Source: Bacteroidales bacterium
Lineage (GTDB): Bacteria > Bacteroidota > Bacteroidia > Bacteroidales > GCA-2711565
Assembly: GCA_963664245.1 (NCBI GenBank)
Contig: OY760934.1
Span: 2,876,376 to 2,940,375, forward strand
DNA: 64,000 nt
Direction of reading: 5' to 3'
In this document: positions 38,019 through 47,668 of the stretch, piece by piece
Layout: every line of letters begins with the position of its first letter
Numbering within the stretch: position 1 is the first letter of the stretch
Translations under genes and position numbers: made by a program
Notes under the pieces: model-generated
Told to the model about the DNA's origin: nothing
What the model saw: only the letters and a program-made list of their open reading frames with translations
The model's database searches: none

Positions 38019-39089
38019 TTACAAAAGTGATTCCAAAGTCTTGGCTTTTAGTTCGGTTTCTTGCCATTCTTTTTCGGCCACGGAATCTTTAGTCAAGCCG
38101 CCGCCAACAAACAAATTCAGAGTGTGTTTATCAAAGTGCAAACAACGCAAGTTAACATAAAGGTGGATTTCTTTTTTTAAATTGTAAGAACCGAGAAATC
38201 CCGTGTAGTAAGCTCTTTGATGAGATTCGTTTTGGTTGATAAAATTCAGGGCCTCTATTTTGGGGAGCCCGCAAACCGCCGGGGTAGGGTGCAGCTCCTT
38301 AATGAGTGTTGGAATATTTTTTATTTCATCAGCAGGAAACATAAAACTGGTTTTTAGGTGAGCCACATTTGCAGCTTCAATGGTTTCCTTGTTTTTTGAA
38401 ATGGTGGAAACCTGTTTTTTTAGAATATTTTCAATGTAATCGACCACAAATTTTTGTTCTTTAATTTCTTTGCTGTTCCAGTTGTAGTTGCTTGATTTTT
38501 CTTGTGTCCCGGCCAGGGCAACGGTTTTAACGGTCTTGTTTTTTATCTCAAACAGAACCTCCGGACTGGCTCCCAACCAAATTCCACTTTGTGGTGTGTA
38601 AAAAATATAATTGAATGATTGCTGGTAATTTTGGTTCAGCTTTTCAAAAAGATCGATAATATTGAAGGATTTTTTTGCTTTTACTTTTTTTATTCTTGAC
38701 AGAACCAGCTTCTGAAACTTTCTGCTATCCAGTGCTTTTTTAAAAATGTTAAACGTGTTGAAATATTCTTCTTTTGTTGCTTCTTCGAAATGACCCAGTG
38801 ACGGTTTTGCTCGCGGAGAGTGGTCGGCGATCCTTACAAATTCTTTTATGCTTTCGCCTTCTTCAAACAAAAATTCATCTTTAATTAGAAGAATAGGGTG
38901 TTGTTTTTCATCAAACGGATGAATAATGAAGCCGTTTTCAGCTTCGGATAAATCAGTTATTTCTTTTGCTTCGCCTTTTTGAGCAATGAATTGGAAGTTG
39001 TTTTTTCCGGGGAGGGTGAAGGCTGCAAAGGATAATCTTTTGCCAAGGCAATGTTTTAAAAAATTATAATTTGTGGTTAAATTGTCCAT
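38019..39089 (-). CDS. menF: Isochorismate synthase
   Basis: 356-aa chorismate-binding enzyme with motifs LHPTPAVCGLP, YTGFLG and GGGLTKDS. Confidence 0.9.
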   Translation of the reverse strand: MDNLTTNYNFLKHCLGKRLSFAAFTLPGKNNFQFIAQKGEAKEITDLSEAENGFIIHPFDEKQHPILLIKDEFLFEEGESIKEFVRIADHSPRAKPSLGHFEEATKEEYFNTFNIFKKALDSRKFQKLVLSRIKKVKAKKSFNIIDLFEKLNQNYQQSFNYIFYTPQSGIWLGASPEVLFEIKNKTVKTVALAGTQEKSSNYNWNSKEIKEQKFVVDYIENILKKQVSTISKNKETIEAANVAHLKTSFMFPADEIKNIPTLIKELHPTPAVCGLPKIEALNFINQNESHQRAYYTGFLGSYNLKKEIHLYVNLRCLHFDKHTLNLFVGGGLTKDSVAEKEWQETELKAKTLESLL

Positions 39090-39111
39090 TTTCTAACGGG
39101 GCTAAAGCTCG

Positions 39112-39552
39112 TTATTTTTCAATAATCATGTTGGTTAAACGGCTTACCGAAACTAATTTCCCGTCTTCGTTTTTAATCTCGATGTTCCAAACATGGGTGT
39201 TTCGGCCTCGGTGGATGATCTTTGCCTCGCCATAAACAAAGCCTTTGGTAGCTGCGCTCACATGGTTGGCGCTGATATTGGCTCCGCGTACATCGTATTT
39301 GTTCATGTCAACCAAAAGTACCGATCCTAAACTGCCAATAGTTTCGGACAGTGCCAGGCTGGCTCCGCCATGCAGAATTCCCATGGGTTGCAGGGTTTTT
39401 TCATTCACGGGCATTTTGGCTTTTACGTAACCTTCTTTGGTTTCCATATACTCAATGCCTAGGGTTTCCATTAAGGTGTTTTGGCTGGTTTTATTGAGTT
39501 CTTCTATGGGGACATTTAAGTTCATCATCATTGCAATATGTATTTTTAACAA
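39112..39552 (-). CDS. Hotdog-fold (PaaI/YbdB-type) thioesterase, probable 1,4-dihydroxy-2-naphthoyl-CoA hydrolase
   Basis: It has GILHGGASLALSETIGS and a C-terminal hotdog pattern. It is the first gene of the men operon. The true start may be one of the Met codons at 39531-39525. Confidence 0.8.
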   Translation of the reverse strand: MLKIHIAMMMNLNVPIEELNKTSQNTLMETLGIEYMETKEGYVKAKMPVNEKTLQPMGILHGGASLALSETIGSLGSVLLVDMNKYDVRGANISANHVSAATKGFVYGEAKIIHRGRNTHVWNIEIKNEDGKLVSVSRLTNMIIEK

Positions 39553-39608
39553 AGATAAGGCTTATTCCCCAAGTCATAGGAAGGCTAGCTTTAATTATAA
39601 AATCTTTT

Positions 39609-39644
39609 AATAAAAAATCACCCCCAACTTAAGTTGGAGGTGAT
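39609..39644 (-). terminator. Rho-independent terminator after the TlpA-like gene
   Basis: Minus strand reads ATCACCTCCAACTT/AAGTTGGGGGTGAT (13 of 14 bp paired) followed by TTTTTTATT. Confidence 0.7.
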
Positions 39645-39673
39645 ACACACAAGCACTTCTTTCGTTAATTTTA

Positions 39674-41164
39674 TTAAAGCAATTTATTTAATAGATCTCT
39701 CAACTCTTGGTTAGAAGGGCGTAAAGCATTTGCAGAAATGATCTTGCCTGAAGGATCAATCAGTATAAAACGTGGTATGCTATTAATATTCATTTTTTTA
39801 ATAAAATCTGATTCGGCTGCTTTATCAGCTACCAATTGAATCCCTTTCATGTTGTGCTCTTTTACATATTGTTCCCATTTATCCCAATCCTTTTGTTTAT
39901 CGACAGAAATACTTACGAATGCAATATTTTTATCATGATAATCGTCTTCTACTTTTTTCAGGTGTGGAATTTCAGCTTTACACGGGCTGCACCATGTGGC
40001 CCATACATCAATGTATACAAATTTCCCCCGCAGGCTTTTTAGCGAAACTGTTTTTCCGTTAATATCTTTGTAAGAAAATTCCGGAGCGTGGGCATTATCA
40101 ACAAAAGTTACGGCATTATGATAGATGTCTTCTAAAGCTTTTTTGTAATCAGGACGGGTCAATTTTGTTGAATATTCTTTATAATATTGATTTAAAATAG
40201 CGGTATCTTTTGACCTTTTTAAAATATTAGTAACAAATGAATATTCAAAGTACTCAAGAATATACGGATTGCTTATTTCTCCTTTTTCTGCAATAATTGG
40301 TGATTTTATTTTTTTACTTGTATTGTCCTGTTTCTGAGGAGGTGTTTTGTATTTGTTTATGGAGAGAAATGAAATATACGATGAGATTACTTGTCGATAT
40401 GCAGAAGAATTGCGAAATAGTATTTCATCATTTTTATCCCAACCAAGATAAATTGAGTCATCTAATTTTTTTTTTTCTTCAATCGTAAATGTTTTTACCG
40501 ATGTTGCTGCGTATGCAGAAGTCCGTTGTTTCGCATAGTCAGCCGCATTTTGATCGAGTTTCTCCATCATGGCATGAAATTCAGCTAGTTTTTTTAAATT
40601 TTTTCCATAATAAACGGAATAAATCATGAGCAAGTTTTTCCCATAGAACTTCAAATCAAGGGAAGCTTGTTCCCGGAAAAATTCATCGTTGCTTTTATTG
40701 AAAATCTTTTCTCCATTTTTCTGAAAAGCATCTATTTTCTCAAGAAAATCAGTCACATTCATATAATAGGCATCTTGTGTACATTTCATATTTTCATCTA
40801 CCGGAATAAAATCCGGAAGCTGTTTTATTGCTTCACGCAGGGCATTGTTTTCAATGCCACCTCTCCCGGAAAATATATATTCTCCGTTCTCTGAAGCTTG
40901 GATGTTTAATTCGTATCCGGAATTAAAATATACGGTGCCAATTTCATCAACTTCATAAAAGCCTTTTGATAAATCATCTATCTTGATTGAAAAAGAGCCA
41001 TCTTCATTTACAGGCACATCAATCTTTAAACCATCAATGTTACGTATATGTATAACTGATAAGTCTTTTTTGTTCAGTTTCCCGGAAAAATTGACGAGTT
41101 TTGGTTGTGTGAAAGCACATGAGCTTAAAAAAAGGAAAGCCAGTACGTATATGTAATATTTCAT
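39674..41164 (-). CDS. TlpA-family thiol-disulfide oxidoreductase lipoprotein with large N-terminal extension
   Basis: 496 aa with lipobox FLSSC. The C-terminal thioredoxin fold carries the active site WATWCSPC. An N-terminal beta-sandwich-like region is followed by about 250 aa of unknown function. Confidence 0.85.
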   Translation of the reverse strand: MKYYIYVLAFLFLSSCAFTQPKLVNFSGKLNKKDLSVIHIRNIDGLKIDVPVNEDGSFSIKIDDLSKGFYEVDEIGTVYFNSGYELNIQASENGEYIFSGRGGIENNALREAIKQLPDFIPVDENMKCTQDAYYMNVTDFLEKIDAFQKNGEKIFNKSNDEFFREQASLDLKFYGKNLLMIYSVYYGKNLKKLAEFHAMMEKLDQNAADYAKQRTSAYAATSVKTFTIEEKKKLDDSIYLGWDKNDEILFRNSSAYRQVISSYISFLSINKYKTPPQKQDNTSKKIKSPIIAEKGEISNPYILEYFEYSFVTNILKRSKDTAILNQYYKEYSTKLTRPDYKKALEDIYHNAVTFVDNAHAPEFSYKDINGKTVSLKSLRGKFVYIDVWATWCSPCKAEIPHLKKVEDDYHDKNIAFVSISVDKQKDWDKWEQYVKEHNMKGIQLVADKAAESDFIKKMNINSIPRFILIDPSGKIISANALRPSNQELRDLLNKLL

Positions 41165-41268
41165 CTGCTTGTTTTTTTGTGGTTATTATCTGTTTTTAAT
41201 TTAAGAAGTGTAGTGTCGGAATTCTTTTGAACACAATAACACAGCTGCTTCATAAAGATTAATTAATG

Positions 41269-41335
41269 AAATAGCAAGACGCTTTGATACCTCAGTTCAT
41301 CCTTGCGCCTTGCTATTTTTATCATTTTTTTTTAA
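41269..41335 (+). other. Strong hairpin with plus-strand T tract in the susD/tlpA spacer
   Basis: AAATAGCAAG(A)CGC...GCG(C)CTTGCTATTT forms a 13-bp stem with one mismatch, followed by TTATCATTTTTTTTT on the plus strand, while both flanking genes are on the minus strand. Confidence 0.4.
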
Positions 41336-41339
41336 GAAT

Positions 41340-42686
41340 TTACGGATGATTAAGCTCCATATCCGGGTTGAACATTTGTACCCGTACCGGAATCTCAAAC
41401 GTATATTTAGGACTGTGTGGAGGAAGTGTTGCCTCAATCTCCATTGTTTCTACGTCAATACGTCGGACTTCCGGCATACGCCCCTCCTGATCCAAACGCT
41501 TCATGTCAAACCAACGTAAGCCACTAAAAGCTAATTCTATTCTTCTCTCATTAAGAACTTTTATTAAGGCTTCTTCTCCTGAAGTTGCTGTTTGATAAGT
41601 ATATGAGTCAGCCTTTATACGGTTTTGCCTGAGCATATTTACAATGTCCATGGCATCTCCAAACTTATTTTCTCTGGCAAGTAATTCGGCTTTGGTCAAA
41701 TACATTTCTGGAAAAGTGATCCCGAAATTATAAACTCCGGGGAAAGAAAAACGGCTTAAACTATTATTAGAAGTCGTTGTTAAAAAAGAATAACGGATAT
41801 CAGTCGTGTCAAAATAACTGTGCAGATCATCCGAATAGATCATCCCTCCAGCACTTCCGCTTACAGAGGCCCTTTGCCAGAGTACTTCAGGATTGAGCTC
41901 ATATTTAGGAACTTCGTTGCTGTTATTATAAGAATTATAATCGAGTATACTATGCGTTGCCTCCAGTGCCATATTTGTATATGTTTTTGCATTGGCATAA
42001 TCGGCCATATACAAGTAAATCCGGCTCAATAACCCATAAGCTGCATATTTGGTAAGCCTGTAACGATTAATGTTCGTTTCAGGTAATGAATTTATAGCTA
42101 TGGTTATATCACTGATTATAGCATCTAATGTGGCTTGTAAGGAAGATCTGCCAGGTGCTTTATCTGTAACACTAATACTGGTAACCATCGGAAGACCAGG
42201 GTCTGTAGCAGCCGTAGCAGGATCATATGCTTTGGCAAATACGGTTAGTAAGTCCAGATAGCAGTTTGCCCTTATTACCAATGCCTCAGCCACTAGCTGT
42301 TGTTTTTCTTCAGCAGTACCTTCTGAAGCATCGGGTACTCCACTAATAATCACATTGGCATCATAAATACAACGGTATAATGGCCCCCATATATCTGGGC
42401 TAGCTTTTTCGTTGACAGTAATGATAGAGCGCCAGTAATAACCATTGGCTTTGGGGATTTCACTCAATTCATCCAGATCATTAAAAACATCGTCTGTAAA
42501 ATCAAGAAGGTTTATGGGGAATGTTTTTGTTAAAGTCGGAGAATTCAACATGGATTCATAATCAGCTAGTGTTTCTGGTATAACAAGCCCTTTTGGTGTT
42601 ACCTCAAGAAACTTATCACAGGAAGAAAAAATGCCTGTAATAATGAGTAAAACGATTATTATGTATTTATTTTTCATGGGATTCAT
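41340..42686 (-). CDS. susD: RagB/SusD family nutrient-binding outer-membrane lipoprotein
   Basis: 448 aa with lipobox FSSC and TPR-like helical SusD pattern (ALVIRANCYLDLLTVFAKAY, YLTKAELLARENKFGDA, RRIELAFSGLRWFDMKR). It lies immediately downstream of susC. Confidence 0.9.
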   Translation of the reverse strand: MNPMKNKYIIIVLLIITGIFSSCDKFLEVTPKGLVIPETLADYESMLNSPTLTKTFPINLLDFTDDVFNDLDELSEIPKANGYYWRSIITVNEKASPDIWGPLYRCIYDANVIISGVPDASEGTAEEKQQLVAEALVIRANCYLDLLTVFAKAYDPATAATDPGLPMVTSISVTDKAPGRSSLQATLDAIISDITIAINSLPETNINRYRLTKYAAYGLLSRIYLYMADYANAKTYTNMALEATHSILDYNSYNNSNEVPKYELNPEVLWQRASVSGSAGGMIYSDDLHSYFDTTDIRYSFLTTTSNNSLSRFSFPGVYNFGITFPEMYLTKAELLARENKFGDAMDIVNMLRQNRIKADSYTYQTATSGEEALIKVLNERRIELAFSGLRWFDMKRLDQEGRMPEVRRIDVETMEIEATLPPHSPKYTFEIPVRVQMFNPDMELNHP

Positions 42687-42688
42687 TT

Positions 42689-45600
42689 TTAAAAATTAGT
42701 TGAGAATGTAAGGCTGTAAAATGGTTGTGTTTCGAGCCTGCGAACTCCCGAAACACGATTGATTGCATCAGGGTCAACATCGTTTCCACTAAACGTATAG
42801 CGGAAAAGGTTCTGAGCCTGAAAACGTAACTGTGTATTATAAAAGCCCATCTTTTTTATGAATCCGGCTTTTACATTATAGGTGATGACCAAATCCCTGA
42901 GTCTGATGTGATCTGCTTTGCGAACAAATTGTGAGGCATACTGGTAAGCATATAATGCGGAAGATTGGTAATAACCAGGTGCGCTGTTATCCGATCCTAC
43001 GTAGCCGGGTATCAAGGTGTTCTCTTCATCTCCTGCTTCTCTCCAGTAATTAGATGATCCTTCTAACGGATGGCTAATAGAAGAATTGATAGTATTAGGA
43101 TTTGGTTGCTCCACCCTCATTATATGCCCGCCATAATACATGAATAAGAAAGAAATATTGAGGTTGCCAAAAGTAAATTGGTTATTTAATCCTAAAACAT
43201 ATTTAGGGGTTGTTGTCCCGTTATAGATCAGGTCTTCAAGTACAACATCTACCACAGAGTTTCCATAAAACCCCAATACTTTTTCATTTCCTTCTTTGTC
43301 ATAAACAAAGGGTTGCCCCAATGAATTTAATCCCCCGTAGTTGTAGCTGAACAAAGAATTTATGGGATACCCTTTTACAATATTAGTTTTTCCGGTTATG
43401 CTAGCAGAATTAAAATATTCGTCAGTTTTTACGGTCAATACTTTATTGTGGTTAAAAGATGCTGTTAGCTGGGTTCGCCATTCGAACGTTTTCCCTTTTA
43501 TATTGAGGGTATTCAACATCAGTTCCAATCCTTTATTTTGTATTGAAGCCGTATTGGCATTGTACTCATTAAACCCGGAAGTCGGGTCTGCATCATAGTT
43601 CCCGAATACATCGGTTGTTTTTTTGAGATACCAGTCCAGCGAACCCGAGATACGGCTGTTTAAGAGGGTAAAATCCATTCCCAGGTTGTAGTTTCTGGTA
43701 GTCTCCCATCTTAACGATTGGTTTTCAGGTGATAGTACATCATTGTATGCCAAAGGAGTATTCAGGCTTGTATTAAGCCCGGTTGACAAAATAAGAAAAG
43801 GCCCGTTTTCACTGTTGGGTATATTACCGTTAAAGCCGGTAGCAGTTCTTATTTGCAGAAAATCTACCCAGCTAAATTGTTTCATAAATTCTTCCTCGCT
43901 TAAATGCCAGTTCAAGCCGGCGGACCACAGCGGTTTGTACTTATATTTAGGATCTGCTCCAAATAAATTAGATTGGTCAATCCGAAAACTTGCCGTAGCA
44001 ATATATTTCCCTTTATAAGTATAGGTTCCCTGTCCGTAATAGGACATGAATCTACGGTCGGTTTCTGATTCTTTGAAATAGGATGTGCTGTTGAAATAGG
44101 CAAGTCCTCTTAATTCACTGAACGCAGGAGTTGATGCGGCATTCACTTCTCCCATATTAATTGGTTTACTGATGAGGGTTTGATCATCGTAACCAAAAAA
44201 GGTTGTTGTATATCCTTGGTTCAACAACTTTTGTTGCTCAATTCCCAGAATCCCTGAAATATGGTGATCGCCTTCCTGAAACCGATGATCGACGTTTAAC
44301 TGGGTTCTGAGGGTGTAATTTGATATTTGTTGGTTGGTTCTAGTTAAGATATTCCCTTGAGGCATATTTGTATATAATGCTTTGCCAGTAGCAGGATCTT
44401 TCAGTGCCGTATAATTTAACAAATTTCTTACATTATAAGTATCTTCAAGCTGTAGCTGATCAGACAATATATTTTGGTTTTCATACTTGCCCCCGATATC
44501 CATATTCAACCAATTTGTGATTTTTACATTCAATCTTCCCTGGAACCTGATGGATGATCCTTTAATGGTATTGGTATTGCTGGTTAGTTCCCTGTAAGGA
44601 TAATAAAACATATCATAAAGGCCCAATGCCATTAACGTATTATTTGTAGTTTCTGTAACTGCTTCTGATAAATAACTTCTCCCCGGGGTTCCTCCAACAG
44701 GCAATGCATTTCCATTTTCATCTGCAAGATGCTCATAAGGGAAAAAATCAGTATAGGGAGGAGTATAGCCACTTATATCCTTACTGTTTGTGTAGTTCCC
44801 CCTGAAATCAAATTTAATTCGTTCGGAAAATTTAAAATTCATTCCCATGTTCAGAATAAGTTGTTGGTTTTCAGACCTGCGGTTAACAGGTGTTTCGTTG
44901 ATATAATTTATCCCCAGGATATAAGTGGCTCTTTCTGTACCTCCACTCACATCAAAATTTATATTTTGTGTCATCCTGTTTTGGTAAAACAAGCGTTCAT
45001 ATTCTTTTAAATTATCATACAAACCAAGTTCTGCCAGTCTTTGATTTGCTTCTTCTTCGGTTAGTAACGGATTGGATACTAAAAATTGGGTCATCCCAAA
45101 CATAATTTCCTCAACAGGGTTCATTTTATTGTACCCTAATAGGTATAAAAAAAAGTTAGGCTGTGATATGTTAAATTCTTCCTTTTGTAATTGCACAAAT
45201 TCATCGGCAGGGGCATATTTCAGATAACTGAAATCTGGTTTGCTTTGAACCGCATAAGTAGCACGCAGGTTAAAAACAGGTTTCCCTGCTTTTCCATTTT
45301 TAGTTTCAATAACAATTACACCATTTGAGGCTCTTACTCCATAGATTGAAGCCGCCGCCGCATCACGCAATACACTCACAGAAACAATGTCATTAGGATT
45401 GATGGTAAGCAAATCGATTTCCAGGGGAAACCCATCAACCACAATCAAAGGCTGTATGGTTGCATTAAAAGTAGAAACGCCTCTAATTGAAAATTCTTCG
45501 GTTTGAGGGTTATAAACCAGCCCGGGAATTTTCCCTTCCAGGCTTTCCAAAAAATCTCCGGTAACGGCAATACGCTGTTGATAATCTTTTTCAACGATTA

Positions 45601-46285
45601 TACTGGCTGCACCGGTGATTTGTGCCTTTTTGAGTTTTTGATACCCGGTATTATAAACGATTGATACCTCTCCCAATTCCGCAACTTTTTCTGTCATTAC
45701 TACATTGATCTCGGTTTTGTCGCTTATTGCAACCTCTTGTTTGGTATAGCCTATAAAACTAAAGACCAAGGTGGAATTTCTGGGTGCTTTAATGGCATAA
45801 TAGCCATTGGCATCGGTAGTGGTTCCTTTCAGTGTACCTTTAATTAATACTGTAGCACCAAGGAGAGGGAGCCCTTTTTTATCAGTTACACGACCGATTA
45901 TGCTTACCGTTTCTTTACTTTTTACTTCTTTCCGGAAAATAACATAATTTTCCATGATTTTATAAGAACAACCTATTTGAGGGGCTATCTCATTCAATAC
46001 TTCCTTTAAGGTAGAGTTACTGGCATTTACCGAAATTGATTGTTCTTCATTAAGATCCTCTTGGTTGTAAAAAAAGATCATGTTTGTTTTCGATTTTAGG
46101 ATGTTAAGCACTTCTGAGAGTTTTACATCCTTTAGGTTCAAATCGAACCTTACATCTTGAGAGAAACTAATCGCCGGGAATTGCAGAATAAATGCAAGAC
46201 AAAAAAATAGCGCTAATTTCTTGATTTTAAAGAATTTTATTCCTCTTTTTCTCATGAAGGAATAATGTGTAAACCATTTTTTCAT
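42689..46285 (-). CDS. susC: SusC/RagA-type TonB-dependent transducer with N-terminal STN signalling domain
   Basis: 1198 aa. An STN domain (LNLKDVKLSEVLNILKSKTNMIFFY) precedes a carboxypeptidase-regulatory-like domain (IIGRVTDKKGLPLLGATVLIKGT...GYYAI), a plug and a 22-strand-type barrel ending YSLTFSTNF. Confidence 0.93.
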   Translation of the reverse strand: MKKWFTHYSFMRKRGIKFFKIKKLALFFCLAFILQFPAISFSQDVRFDLNLKDVKLSEVLNILKSKTNMIFFYNQEDLNEEQSISVNASNSTLKEVLNEIAPQIGCSYKIMENYVIFRKEVKSKETVSIIGRVTDKKGLPLLGATVLIKGTLKGTTTDANGYYAIKAPRNSTLVFSFIGYTKQEVAISDKTEINVVMTEKVAELGEVSIVYNTGYQKLKKAQITGAASIIVEKDYQQRIAVTGDFLESLEGKIPGLVYNPQTEEFSIRGVSTFNATIQPLIVVDGFPLEIDLLTINPNDIVSVSVLRDAAAASIYGVRASNGVIVIETKNGKAGKPVFNLRATYAVQSKPDFSYLKYAPADEFVQLQKEEFNISQPNFFLYLLGYNKMNPVEEIMFGMTQFLVSNPLLTEEEANQRLAELGLYDNLKEYERLFYQNRMTQNINFDVSGGTERATYILGINYINETPVNRRSENQQLILNMGMNFKFSERIKFDFRGNYTNSKDISGYTPPYTDFFPYEHLADENGNALPVGGTPGRSYLSEAVTETTNNTLMALGLYDMFYYPYRELTSNTNTIKGSSIRFQGRLNVKITNWLNMDIGGKYENQNILSDQLQLEDTYNVRNLLNYTALKDPATGKALYTNMPQGNILTRTNQQISNYTLRTQLNVDHRFQEGDHHISGILGIEQQKLLNQGYTTTFFGYDDQTLISKPINMGEVNAASTPAFSELRGLAYFNSTSYFKESETDRRFMSYYGQGTYTYKGKYIATASFRIDQSNLFGADPKYKYKPLWSAGLNWHLSEEEFMKQFSWVDFLQIRTATGFNGNIPNSENGPFLILSTGLNTSLNTPLAYNDVLSPENQSLRWETTRNYNLGMDFTLLNSRISGSLDWYLKKTTDVFGNYDADPTSGFNEYNANTASIQNKGLELMLNTLNIKGKTFEWRTQLTASFNHNKVLTVKTDEYFNSASITGKTNIVKGYPINSLFSYNYGGLNSLGQPFVYDKEGNEKVLGFYGNSVVDVVLEDLIYNGTTTPKYVLGLNNQFTFGNLNISFLFMYYGGHIMRVEQPNPNTINSSISHPLEGSSNYWREAGDEENTLIPGYVGSDNSAPGYYQSSALYAYQYASQFVRKADHIRLRDLVITYNVKAGFIKKMGFYNTQLRFQAQNLFRYTFSGNDVDPDAINRVSGVRRLETQPFYSLTFSTNF

Positions 46286-46298
46286 AAATTTGTATTTA

Positions 46299-46385
46299 GT
46301 AGTTAAACATGGCTATCAGCGTTACAGCGCTATGATAGCATTAATTATCATAAGCGGGATGTTACAGCATTCCGCTTATTTTTTA
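46299..46385 (+). ncRNA. Candidate cis-antisense small RNA opposite the susC 5' region (hypothetical)
   Basis: A plus-strand TAAATTTG box (46285-46292) overlaps the susC start codon. It is followed by two hairpins (46312-46339 and 46352-46377), each exposing GTTACAGC in the loop, then a plus-strand T tract (46379-46384). There is no expression evidence. Confidence 0.25.
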
Positions 46386-47576
46386 TTCTATGTATAAAAT
46401 AGAGTCGTTTAATGTACATTTCACAGAGTTTGTTTCTTCCAGTAATTGTACGATGAATTTTAGAGATCTTTGTTTTTCAATGGCCCCGGTAAAAAATTGT
46501 TCTTTTACTGAAGCATCTGTGAATAATACTTCTACATCATACCACCGATTGATAGTTGTACTCAGGTCTTCCAAACTAATCTTGTTGAAAATGAATAGAC
46601 CTTTTTTCCAGGAAATAATTCCATCTGTATCTACTTTCTCTACACTAAGTTGACCACTGGCATCAATTGTTGCCTGTTGACCGGGAATAAGTGTAATGGA
46701 CTGGTGAGCCTCAAATGGCAGATTGTTTTGAAGAGTGTCATGCAATGAAACCGCTACAGAGCCTTCAAGTAAAGACGTTTTTATAGTGTTTTCATCTTCA
46801 TAAGCCTTAATGTTGAAATGTGTGCCAAGCACTTTTACATTTGCTTTATCCTTGATGTTGACTAAAAAAGGCATTTTTGTATTTTTTGCAACTTCGAAAT
46901 AAGCTTCACCTTCAAGGTAAACACTTCTGTTTTCCCCAGTGAATACTGTAGGATATTTTAATCTGGAATTTGAGTTAAACCATACTTTGGTTCCATCGGA
47001 AAGTACCAGCTTATATTCGCCTGCTTTTGGAACATACAACGTATTGTATTCGGGCTCCTGACAATCTCTGTTTTTATATTCAAGTTTGCCGAGCGAATCG
47101 CATTGAATGGTGAGGTGGGGTGTTTTGCTAATGATTTTGCTTTCCCCCCCTAATGTAATGGTTTGTCCATCCGACAGGGTAAGTTTGGCCAACGATTTGC
47201 CGGCATGAATACGATCCATTGCAGCATAATTTAAATAGTTTTCTCTTTTTTGACTTAGGAAGAAAAGAAGAAAAAACGATAAGCCAATCAGTGGAAGGAG
47301 AACAGCAGCATATCTTAGAAGCGGGTGCTTTAATATTCTTCTCTTTTCAGTTGTCCGTTTTTTAAGCTTGTTCCAGGCTTTGTCAATGTTTACTTCATCT
47401 AAAAATTTTAAATCTTTTCCTGATAAGAATAATTCTTCACTCTTCTTAAAAATGTTTTGGTTGGTTTTTGAAGATGATAACCAGTTGTCAAGAGTTTCCC
47501 TATCTTTTTTAGATAAAGATTCTCCGTTCAGATATTCTCCAATAATCCTGAATATTTCTGTTTTAGATGTTTGCAT
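46383..47576 (-). CDS. FecR-family anti-sigma factor / transmembrane sensor
   Basis: 397 aa with an N-terminal anti-sigma region, a single TM helix (LLPLIGLSFFLLFFL), a FecR domain (VWFNSNSRLKYP, GEAYFEV, VKVLGTHFNIKAY) and a C-terminal DUF4974-like region. Confidence 0.9.
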   Translation of the reverse strand: MQTSKTEIFRIIGEYLNGESLSKKDRETLDNWLSSSKTNQNIFKKSEELFLSGKDLKFLDEVNIDKAWNKLKKRTTEKRRILKHPLLRYAAVLLPLIGLSFFLLFFLSQKRENYLNYAAMDRIHAGKSLAKLTLSDGQTITLGGESKIISKTPHLTIQCDSLGKLEYKNRDCQEPEYNTLYVPKAGEYKLVLSDGTKVWFNSNSRLKYPTVFTGENRSVYLEGEAYFEVAKNTKMPFLVNIKDKANVKVLGTHFNIKAYEDENTIKTSLLEGSVAVSLHDTLQNNLPFEAHQSITLIPGQQATIDASGQLSVEKVDTDGIISWKKGLFIFNKISLEDLSTTINRWYDVEVLFTDASVKEQFFTGAIEKQRSLKFIVQLLEETNSVKCTLNDSILYIE

Positions 47577-47668
47577 TGTTAAATTGAATAACGTAAAAAG
47601 TTAATAGTTCTCTCTTTTTCAGCATGACACAAAAAATAAAAAACAGGGGGACAGTAACAGCAAAAATC

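Noticed and set aside
37936-38160. 74-aa plus-strand ORF MSFRTIILSGVEGS...
   Set aside because: It starts inside the REP-like hairpin and then runs antisense to the menF 3' end, which is a typical artefact of this kind of palindromic element.
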